This document shows, piece after piece, positions 54,839 to 62,967 of a stretch of DNA of 64,000 bases (position 1 is its first letter; every line of letters starts with the position of its first letter). Source of the stretch: an uncultured Pseudomonadales bacterium (GTDB taxonomy: Bacteria; Pseudomonadota; Gammaproteobacteria; Pseudomonadales; UBA7434). The DNA is taken from positions 33,862 through 97,861 of the forward strand of contig CAZDEW010000002.1 in the NCBI GenBank assembly GCA_964504585.1, given 5' to 3'. Below the pieces are notes generated by a model. The model was not told where the DNA came from. It worked only from the letters and a program-made list of their open reading frames with translations, and did no database searches. The translations under genes and the position numbers were made by a program.

Positions 54839-55620
54839 GGTGGTCTCAATCGTCACATTAGTAAATATCAGTCCATTATCAGGCGTGTTCGCTACATTCG
54901 ATGAGCCGAATGTATTGCCATTGACCCAGAACCCGAGCATGCCAAAGTTATTGGCGATTGCGCTAGAGTCGGTCGTAGTATGCGTATCGAGTAGCGCACC
55001 GCCTGCAAGGCTGAGTGAGCTCGTTAGTTCGTTGGTGTCTGTTGCCGTTCGGGTGATAGTAAAAACGCCAACGTAGTTTGTATTCGGCGCGAAGGCGTAA
55101 CCTGCGTCGGAAGAGCTGGACATACTGGTCCACTCAGACGTTGTACCCAGAAACCGGCCAACAGGCGAGGTGATGTCGTGCTTTCTAAAATCGACGTCCT
55201 GCGTGCCGCCACCTACGGTGTCGACGTCGAAGGCTGTGAAGTATCCTGGCTGGCCGACGTAGAGTGGGTTGGGCGTACTAGAGCTCGAAGAAAGATCAGC
55301 AGCAAGCCCTGGATCATTAAAGTCCATCAACGCGATCTTGAAAGAAGTGAACGGGCACTACTTACTCATGAAAAACAGTATCCTACAGTAGCCGGCGTGG
55401 TGAACGCGTAGGTTACGGTAATGCTGTCGCCAACATCTAATGTTTGCGGCGTAAACGTGGCGTGCATGCCGCGTCCTGATGTGCCTGTGACGAGCGTCAG
55501 CGACCCAGGATCAGCCTGAACATTGGACCCGCTGGTTTGGCTCGAAGACCACCAGTTGGCATCAAGCGCACCCGTACTGGTGCGGTCTCCGTCGGCGAAA
55601 CTGTCGTTGATAATCTCGGC
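54839..55620 (-). repeat. module copy D1 (interrupted)
   Basis: Starts in ORF 55366-55701 (EIINDSFADGDRTSTG) and ends at residue about 164 of the 721-aa ORF (LIFTNVTIETT). Confidence 0.65.
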
Positions 55621-55812
55621 AGCGTGCGCGCCGGTAGACATCACTGCAGCGCAAAGTACCGCCGACGCTGAATTGCGAAGCGCGGAATGAAGGAATTTCA
55701 TGGCATTACCTCTTTTACTTATTGTCGAAGTGGAGCGCGGGCTCTAAAGGTTCAAGAGCTCTTATCGTTAAGGGTTAAACCTTACCCAACTGCATTTCAC
55801 ACAGTCAAACGA

Positions 55813-55827
55813 ATTGGTCTAACCAAT
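55813..55827. promoter_or_regulatory. candidate GntR-type operator, perfect palindrome ATTGGTCTAACCAAT
   Basis: Part of the 17-nt palindrome AATTGGTCTAACCAATT (55812-55828), 112 nt upstream of the start at 55701. Fits the tGGT-N3-ACCa core known for FadR-type GntR operators. Confidence 0.45.
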
Positions 55828-56090
55828 TAGGTGGGTACGACAGATTTGCGCTGGGAACAATCGCCTTGATTGGGCGAGCGACTGCCGAAGAGTCCAGTAA
55901 TACACCTCAAAACAGGTGCGCTTGTATCTCACAACCGACTGTTTTAATTGATTAAAATAATTATGCTGTGCTGAGGAGGCAGGGTTGCACGTTAAAGAAT
56001 GACGTTTTGAGATCGGTAAAATCTTGATTTAAGCCCGTTGGCGTTATTCAATTGTTTGTATTACCAATTTAGCTATGTTGTAATAACGGT

Positions 56091-56105
56091 GTGTGTCAGA
56101 CCAAT
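56091..56105. promoter_or_regulatory. candidate GntR-type operator half-site (GTGTGTCAGACCAAT)
   Basis: The right half GACCAAT is conserved. Lies 29 nt upstream of the gntR ATG, so autoregulation is possible. Confidence 0.3.
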
Positions 56106-56133
56106 AAGAAACAAAAGCGCTCGCGCGTGAACT

Positions 56134-56892
56134 ATGAAAGCTGCCGATAAAAGACTGTACCGAAGCGTCGCGAATACCTTGCTTAAACTCATACATTCGG
56201 GGGAGTTTCCGCCGGGCATTCGTTTACCAGCTGAGCGCGTGCTCGCAGAGCGATTCGGCGTAAGCCGGCCTACCATTCGTGAGGCTATCATTGCGCTTGA
56301 AGCCAAAGGGTTTTTGGAAGTCAAGACCGGCTCCGGGGTCTATGTTCTAGAACCAAAGGACGAGCTTCAGGGTCTAGCGGGTTTAATGAGTCCTTTTGAA
56401 CTCATTGAAGCGCGAGTGCTGTTAGAGGGTGAGGCTGCGGCTCTGGCGGCGGTTATGATTACGCCAGAGCAACTGGCTGACTTGGCCAGTGCGCTTGAAG
56501 AAATGGCCAGCGAAAACTTGCAACACAATCAGGGGTCGACAGTTGCGGATCGGAAATTCCATTCAATTATTTCCGAGGCTGCGAATAATCGCGTGCTTTC
56601 ACTGTATATAACGCAGCTATGGGACGTACAGGAAGAGCAGAATCATATTAACCTCGCGCACCGCGCAATTTGCATGCAGGATGCGCCGCGTCGATTATCT
56701 GAGCATAAAGCCATTTATGATGCGATTAGCAAAAAAGATTCGGCGGCAGCAAGGATTGCTATGCGGAATCACTTTTCACGCACGCTAACCGCTTTGCATG
56801 AGACGAACGAAGAAGTTGCGGTATCCGAAGTGCGTCGAGAAGTTTCTAAGATGCGTGAGCGCTTCTCCATGGATAGGCTCACGTTAAACTAA
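56134..56892 (+). CDS. GntR-family (FadR/FCD subfamily) transcriptional regulator
   Basis: 252 aa. N-terminal wHTH LPAERVLAERFGVSRPTIREAIIALEAKGFLEV and a helical FCD-like C-terminal domain. Confidence 0.9.
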   Translation: MKAADKRLYRSVANTLLKLIHSGEFPPGIRLPAERVLAERFGVSRPTIREAIIALEAKGFLEVKTGSGVYVLEPKDELQGLAGLMSPFELIEARVLLEGEAAALAAVMITPEQLADLASALEEMASENLQHNQGSTVADRKFHSIISEAANNRVLSLYITQLWDVQEEQNHINLAHRAICMQDAPRRLSEHKAIYDAISKKDSAAARIAMRNHFSRTLTALHETNEEVAVSEVRREVSKMRERFSMDRLTLN

Positions 56893-57067
56893 TTTGCGTA
56901 TCTGGCCGGGCGGCAGCTCGTGTCTGAGGGTGCCCTTAATGTGGCTACGTTTGTTAAGCGACTAGCCATCTGAGACATAGATTTGTCTTTTTGCATTGTT
57001 CTGTAGCCTTTCTTTATCCCCCGCTAGATCCCGTTTCGCGATTCCATTCCTAGGGCAATAATTTAAA

Positions 57068-57082
57068 ATTGGTCAGACAAGT
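57068..57082. promoter_or_regulatory. candidate GntR-type operator (ATTGGTCAGACAAGT)
   Basis: The left half ATTGGTC is perfect. Lies about 105 nt upstream of the TonB-dependent receptor ATG. Confidence 0.4.
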
Positions 57083-57185
57083 TTGTTTGACATATTTACG
57101 TGCCATCGAGTACATTCTCGCCGAACAATGCGGCCCTTACCGTTTTGGTGTTTTAGAAAATACTAATAAGAGGAGTGAGTTACCG

Positions 57186-60100
57186 ATGAGAACGCATACC
57201 CTGCGCGAATATGCAATAGGTAAGACCAGGTCAACAGGTAAGACCAAGAGTAAGAAAACGACGCTAGCCAACTCAATATTGGCAGCTCTTGTGCTGCCAA
57301 CTGCGCCTGGAGTTTTGTTTGCTCAGGCTGAAGTGGAAGAAAAAGCCATCGAAGAGGTCGTTGTAACCGCAGGTCCCCGTTCGACGATCCAGAAATCGAT
57401 TGAACTAAAGCGCAACTCTTTACAAATCGTCGATGGCTTGAACGCCGAAGAAATCGGAGAGATACCGGCGCTCTCTATTGGTGAGGCATTGGAAACTTTG
57501 ACCGGTGCAGCATCGCACCGTGAAAATGGTGGCGCGACGGAAGTCTCCATTCGTGGTTTGGGTCCATTTTTGACAAGCACGGTTTTTAACGGGCGCGGTG
57601 CGACCAACGGTGCGGGTAACCGCGCGGTTAACTTTAGTATTTTCCCTTCCGAGTTATTCAACAAGGTCGCGATTCACAAGACCCAGTCTGCAAGCAATAT
57701 TGAAGGTGCGGTTGGTGGTCAGATTCATCTGGATACCCGTCGACCGATTGAATACGGAAAAGAGCGTTTTCAATTTGGCTTGAAGGGTGCGTATAACGAA
57801 GGGCAGCAGGATGTTGTTGGAGCTTCTGACATCGGCCACCGAGCAACGGCGAGTTATATCAATTCATTTGAGACTGAAGACTATGGCACCTTTGGTTTTT
57901 CGATAGGCTTTCAGACTCGCGAAGAGAGTGATCCGGAGCAGGAATTTACGCGCAGTAATACGCCGAGGATTTGTGATGTTGATAACGGCGTACCGACCTC
58001 AACTGTGTGTTCCGACAATGAACGAGAACTACGGGATCCAGACCCTTCTACTGACCGCGAATTTGCATTTTTATCTAACTCCGCGGTTTTTCGTCAAAAT
58101 CGGGCGGAAGATGAGCGTAATGCTGTTTTCGGCGCCTTGCAATGGCAGCCTGATGATCGCTGGGATCTGAATCTGGATTTCCAGTGGTCTGAGCGGATCC
58201 AGGATGAAAGGCGCTCAGACCTTGTTTTTTCAGAACTCAATCGAAATTTGAATAACGCTACCAGCGTCGATGTGTCTGGTGGTTTTCTTCAATCCTTTGA
58301 GGATGCGCAGCAAGAAATTCAATTGATAGGCCAGGACTTCGTTCGAGATGAAAAGTACAAGGGAATTGGTTTCAACGTCGAGTATCTGGTTAACGATGAC
58401 CTGGAAGTATCATTTGATGTCGCTTACTCCGATACCAGAAGGGTAGAGACCGAAGAGAGTCTTCGTTTGGCCGACGAAGTAGAGAGGGTTGTGAGCGCCG
58501 ATTTCACGAGAGGTGATGTCGGCATCTTTGAGGTCACACAAATCGGTGGTGCGGCTTTCGATGCCAGTGACCTAGGTGAGTTTTTAAGTGGCGCAACAGC
58601 TGACGGAGTTGGAAGTACTGCAGCGGATTTTCAGGCGGCATTCGCAAACGATGGCGACTTTGATGATCGTTTGCGCGCTCGCGTGCAGGAGGACATTCGG
58701 GACAATACGCTGTTGGCGTACCGGGGTGATTTCGATTGGCAGACCTATGATCTGGGCGTTATAAAGAGCATAGAGGGCGGTGTTAGAGTTGCGGAGATGG
58801 AATATAGTCGCAAGGGCAATATCAATTCAGATTTCAATCTGAACAACGATGCTCTTGGTGGCGGTGGATCAGTAGATCAGGCGAATCTGCTTGCGGCGAT
58901 TGCGAATAACTGTATCGACGGTCCGATTGATAACGACTTTACCGAAGTTTCTTCATCTCAGGGTGAGCGTTTCCTGAATTACAATTCCATTGATGCGGGT
59001 TGCTCCTTGGATCTGGTTAGATTGGCTTTAGAGGCGAGAGGGGAATCAACAGATCCGCTAACTCCTAATAATAAGTTTAATGGCTCAAGTGTGGATGTCG
59101 AGGAATCCACCTATGCGGCGTATATCAAGTTCAATTATGAATCTGAGCTGTTCGGATTTCCCGCTCGCGGCGACTTTGGTCTGCGCGTTGTACGGACGTC
59201 AGTAGATTCAAGAAGCTTCTCTACACCATTTAGACTTGATTATGATGACAGTGATGGGGGTAGCTTTGAACTCGATAGCGGCTTTGGCAGCAGTTCTATC
59301 ACTGTGAACAAGGAGTCTCATTCGTATACGAACTATTTGCCGAGCGCCAGCCTTGTTCTTGATCTAAAAGACGATCTGCTCTTTAGGGCTGGCATCTTTC
59401 GTGGTATCTCACGCTCTGACCCCGCGATCTTAGGTACGAGGCAGCAGGTGGGTACCGTTCAGCGTGATATTGAAGACGCGGCTACTCTCGGCGGCGAAAA
59501 TCTCACACTTGACGATATAAGAACATTTATAACGACTCAGGGGCGTAGCGGTGGGTCTGCCGATCTAGACGCGTTCACATCCTGGAACGTAGATCTGGCT
59601 CTTGAGTGGTATCCCAACTCCGATACCATTTTAGCGGCGGGTGTCTACTTCAAACGCTTCAAAGGCGGTTACCAAAACACGTTTGTGGAAAATACTTTTA
59701 CCGTCGTTAGTGATGGAAGTAGTGACACCATAGATGTGCTTAATACGAACCTCAGTGGTGATTTCGCCGACGGTGCAGGAGGTGTATACGAGATCACTGC
59801 TCCTATTAGTTCTGTAGAGACAACCGATGAGAGTAGCAACTTGTACGGCTTCGAGCTTTCAGCTTCTCATTCGCTTGCTTATCTGGATGGTTTTCTGGGT
59901 GGGTTTGGCGGCAAGTTGGGCTATAACTTTGCCGATTCTGATTTCGAGTTCGAAGACGACTTTGCTGGTGCCGGTGTTGGCTTTGATGATGCTGGTAATG
60001 AGGTTCAACTCGTTGGTTTGGTCCCGCCAGCCGACATCTTTGGCCTGTCGCGCCATGTCTTTTCCGGTCAGATCTACTGGGATAACGGTATCTTCGATGC

Positions 60101-60356
60101 TGCAGTGCTCTACAAATACCGTTCGCAGTACTTCCAGCAGTTCGTGGACGATCCTGGTCGTATCCGTTATACCGATGATAACGCGGTTGTTGAGTTCAAA
60201 TCGAAGTTAAGGCTTAACAAAAATATCCAGCTGACCTTCGAGGCTTTAAATATTACCGATGAGCCTCGAATTGACTATCGAGGGCTGGAAGGAAATATCG
60301 CGAACGTCTATTCCTATGGGGCGAGGTACTTCCTGGGTGTCAGAGGCAAGTTTTAA
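57186..60356 (+). CDS. TonB-dependent receptor
   Basis: ORF 57069-60356. ATG 57186 preceded by AAGAGGAG. Signal peptide, plug motifs (IEEVVVTA, DGLNAEEIGEIPALSIGEAL, VSIRGLG), C-terminal ...YFLGVRGKF. Confidence 0.9.
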   Translation: MRTHTLREYAIGKTRSTGKTKSKKTTLANSILAALVLPTAPGVLFAQAEVEEKAIEEVVVTAGPRSTIQKSIELKRNSLQIVDGLNAEEIGEIPALSIGEALETLTGAASHRENGGATEVSIRGLGPFLTSTVFNGRGATNGAGNRAVNFSIFPSELFNKVAIHKTQSASNIEGAVGGQIHLDTRRPIEYGKERFQFGLKGAYNEGQQDVVGASDIGHRATASYINSFETEDYGTFGFSIGFQTREESDPEQEFTRSNTPRICDVDNGVPTSTVCSDNERELRDPDPSTDREFAFLSNSAVFRQNRAEDERNAVFGALQWQPDDRWDLNLDFQWSERIQDERRSDLVFSELNRNLNNATSVDVSGGFLQSFEDAQQEIQLIGQDFVRDEKYKGIGFNVEYLVNDDLEVSFDVAYSDTRRVETEESLRLADEVERVVSADFTRGDVGIFEVTQIGGAAFDASDLGEFLSGATADGVGSTAADFQAAFANDGDFDDRLRARVQEDIRDNTLLAYRGDFDWQTYDLGVIKSIEGGVRVAEMEYSRKGNINSDFNLNNDALGGGGSVDQANLLAAIANNCIDGPIDNDFTEVSSSQGERFLNYNSIDAGCSLDLVRLALEARGESTDPLTPNNKFNGSSVDVEESTYAAYIKFNYESELFGFPARGDFGLRVVRTSVDSRSFSTPFRLDYDDSDGGSFELDSGFGSSSITVNKESHSYTNYLPSASLVLDLKDDLLFRAGIFRGISRSDPAILGTRQQVGTVQRDIEDAATLGGENLTLDDIRTFITTQGRSGGSADLDAFTSWNVDLALEWYPNSDTILAAGVYFKRFKGGYQNTFVENTFTVVSDGSSDTIDVLNTNLSGDFADGAGGVYEITAPISSVETTDESSNLYGFELSASHSLAYLDGFLGGFGGKLGYNFADSDFEFEDDFAGAGVGFDDAGNEVQLVGLVPPADIFGLSRHVFSGQIYWDNGIFDAAVLYKYRSQYFQQFVDDPGRIRYTDDNAVVEFKSKLRLNKNIQLTFEALNITDEPRIDYRGLEGNIANVYSYGARYFLGVRGKF

Positions 60357-60552
60357 CGATTAACTGAATTGTTAAAGTCAGCGGGCTTTTACTCGACGGT
60401 ATCGAGTTCTGAAAGGAACAACAGACAACGCTTAGGTCGCTGCTTGATTTGACATCAACTGAAAAAGCATATGCTTTGAATTCGGCAATAGAAGTTTGTA
60501 ACGAACCTGACAACTCATTGCTGTATTCCTGTGAACTTTAAGGTGGAATAAA

Positions 60553-62841
60553 ATGAAAATAAAATTCTTGGGTTTAGTCGTATTGCTGGCGATTGTTATG
60601 GGTTGCGAAACCGGTAGCGATAGTGATAGCAATAATTCCGCAACCAATCAGGCGGGCAGCGTAGCTATAACCGGTACCCTGGAGGTCGGTGAAGAGCTTA
60701 CTGCGGTATTGTCGGATCCGAACGGAACGTTCTTTTCAGGATCCACTGCGGGAATCAGCTCGATTGCCTGGTTTGCAGACGGGGTAGAGATCATTGGCGC
60801 CAGCGAATTGTTCTACACACTGACAGCTGCGGAGCTGGGTGCAGAAATCACGGTTGCAATCGCCTATGAAGATAACGCAGGCTTCGCAGAATCAGTTACT
60901 TCTGATCCTACCGCAGTAGTTACCAATGCCGGTGGCGGCGGACCGACCTCGACTTTAGCGGCGGTAATCCGTGACACCAATGCTAGCGACACCGGCGAAC
61001 TTCGTTACGATATACCAGCGGCAATGCGAAGTCTCTCCGGTCGGCTGGTGGTTTCTTTTACGAGAACCTCAACCGGTCCGGATGCTTTTATTGCCTTGTT
61101 GAATTCAACGGGCAGCACGAGTAGTGAACGAGCGATTCTTGATTTGCGAATCAAGGATGACGAATTCGAGGTTCGTGACCAGACCTTTGCGGTCACTGCG
61201 GTGACACCGACACCTGGTACAGTGCAGGAAGTCGTGGTTGAGTGGGATGCGCCGACTTTGCTGGTGCCGCCCACAGTAACTGTTACGATTGATGGTGTTC
61301 CGATAGCAGCGCCATTTACCGCAGGTGCTAATGCCACCGGCGGCGTTGAGCGCGTGCAGTTCCGCTTCGGCGACAACGGTAACGTGTCGAATGCGACCGA
61401 CACGTTTACGATTACCGAGTTCGAGGTGTTTGGCGATACTGCGGGAACGATGTCGATTTTTGCCGATGACTTCTCTGGCTTTAGCGATGGTGACTCGCTC
61501 GATGACGACAACCCGCTCTCACCCTATAACGGTAGTACCAGTGAGGCTGTGGTCGAGGAGATTGGCGGCGGCTCTGGCGGTGGTGGTAGCTCTACGCTTG
61601 CCGCGGTTATTCGAGATACCAATGCAAGTGATACTGGTGAGTTACGCTATGACCTGCCTGCAGCCCAGCTTTCAGGTCGTCTGGAAGTGTCCTACGACCG
61701 CACGGCTACTGGCCCTGACGCGTTTATCTCGCTACTTAACTCGACCGGCAGCACGAGTAGTGAGCGTTCCATCCTGGACTTGCGCATCAAAACCGACGAG
61801 TTTCAAGTTCGCGATCAGACCTTTTCGGTAACGGCTGTGACGCCGACTCCGGGTACGGTGCAGGATGTTGTGGTCGAGTGGACGGCGCCTGATGCGTCGA
61901 CGCCACCGACGGTCACGGTCACGGTAGATGGCATTGCCATTGCGCCTCCATTCACTTCTGGCATCAACGCCATCGGCGGTGTTGAGCGAGTGCAGTTCCG
62001 CTTCGGCGATAACAGCGGTGTGTCAGCAGCTACGGATACTTACACCATCACAGAGTTTGAAGTCTTTAGCGATACCGCGGGAACAACATCGGTATTCGCC
62101 GACGACTTTAGCGGCTTTAGCGATGGCGATTCGCTCGACGACGACAACCCGGCATCGCCCTACAACGGCAGCACCAGCGAGGCTGTGGTCGAAGCGATAG
62201 GCGGTGGCTCGGGTGGTGGCAGCTCTACGCTTGCCGCAGTTATTCGCGATACTAATGCCAGCGACACCGGTGAATTACGTTACGACGTGCCCGCCGCGCA
62301 GCTCACAGGTCGCCTTGAGGTTTCCTATGATAGAACGGCAACCGGTCCCGATGCGTTTATTTCGCTTCTGAATTCAACCGGCAGTACCAGTAGCGAGCGT
62401 TCGATACTGGATTTGCGTATCAAAACTGGCGAGTTTCAGGTTCGAGATCAGACCTTTTCGGTGACGGCTGTGACGCCGACTCCGGGTACTGTGCAGGATG
62501 TCGTAGTCGAGTGGACGGCGCCCGATGCGGTGACCCCACCAACCGTCACAGTCACGGTCGATGGTATCGCTATTGCACCACCATTTACTTCTGGTGTGAA
62601 CGCGATTGGCGGTGTCGAGCGTGTGCAATTCCGTTTCGGTGATAACAGCGGCGTATCCGCGGCCACAGATACCTACACCATCACAGAGTTTGAGGTCTTT
62701 AGTGATACGGCGGGAACAACCTCGGTATTCGCTGATGACTTTACCGGGTTTAGCGATGGAGACTCTCTGGACGATGACAATCCTGCTTCGCCTTATAACG
62801 GCAGTACCAGTGAAGCAGTGGTTGAGGCGTATAGCGGTTAA
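60553..62841 (+). CDS. lipoprotein with an N-terminal Ig-like region and three tandem ~211-aa modules (candidate surface glycan-binding protein)
   Basis: 762 aa. Lipobox LLAIVMGC. Modules begin STLAAVIRDTNASDTGELRYD and are separated by GGGSGGG linkers. Confidence 0.7.
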   Translation: MKIKFLGLVVLLAIVMGCETGSDSDSNNSATNQAGSVAITGTLEVGEELTAVLSDPNGTFFSGSTAGISSIAWFADGVEIIGASELFYTLTAAELGAEITVAIAYEDNAGFAESVTSDPTAVVTNAGGGGPTSTLAAVIRDTNASDTGELRYDIPAAMRSLSGRLVVSFTRTSTGPDAFIALLNSTGSTSSERAILDLRIKDDEFEVRDQTFAVTAVTPTPGTVQEVVVEWDAPTLLVPPTVTVTIDGVPIAAPFTAGANATGGVERVQFRFGDNGNVSNATDTFTITEFEVFGDTAGTMSIFADDFSGFSDGDSLDDDNPLSPYNGSTSEAVVEEIGGGSGGGGSSTLAAVIRDTNASDTGELRYDLPAAQLSGRLEVSYDRTATGPDAFISLLNSTGSTSSERSILDLRIKTDEFQVRDQTFSVTAVTPTPGTVQDVVVEWTAPDASTPPTVTVTVDGIAIAPPFTSGINAIGGVERVQFRFGDNSGVSAATDTYTITEFEVFSDTAGTTSVFADDFSGFSDGDSLDDDNPASPYNGSTSEAVVEAIGGGSGGGSSTLAAVIRDTNASDTGELRYDVPAAQLTGRLEVSYDRTATGPDAFISLLNSTGSTSSERSILDLRIKTGEFQVRDQTFSVTAVTPTPGTVQDVVVEWTAPDAVTPPTVTVTVDGIAIAPPFTSGVNAIGGVERVQFRFGDNSGVSAATDTYTITEFEVFSDTAGTTSVFADDFTGFSDGDSLDDDNPASPYNGSTSEAVVEAYSG
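60949..62838 (+). repeat. three tandem coding repeats (starts 60949, 61591, 62224; periods 642 and 633 nt)
   Basis: Direct comparison of nucleotide and protein sequence. Copies 2 and 3 are almost identical at protein level. Confidence 0.85.
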
Positions 62842-62967
62842 AAGACGAGGGCGCACGAAGTAGCAGAAGGCCAATGTAAATTAGCCGTTATCTCAAGGCA
62901 AAGCAGAGCTGTTTTATCGTGAGGTTTTGAGCTGGTCGCACTTTGGATCTCATGATCGCGCAAATGA

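Larger units (their letters stand above)
53165..55701 (-). pseudogene. three-module secreted protein with PEP-CTERM-like tail, interrupted in module 1
   Basis: ORF 55366-55701 (signal peptide plus the start of module 1) and ORF 53165-55330 (rest of module 1, modules 2-3, tail VPMAPFAALVILAMSMIGLQLRSR) are collinear with the intact paralogues. They are separated by the anomalous segment at 55349-55380. Confidence 0.75.

Noticed and set aside
61005-62874. Off-frame and antisense ORFs of 160-170 aa within the triple-repeat lipoprotein gene (61005-61511, 61325-61831, 62374-62874)
   Set aside because: They recur because the underlying DNA is repeated. They lack starts with an RBS and are incompatible with the well-supported lipoprotein frame.
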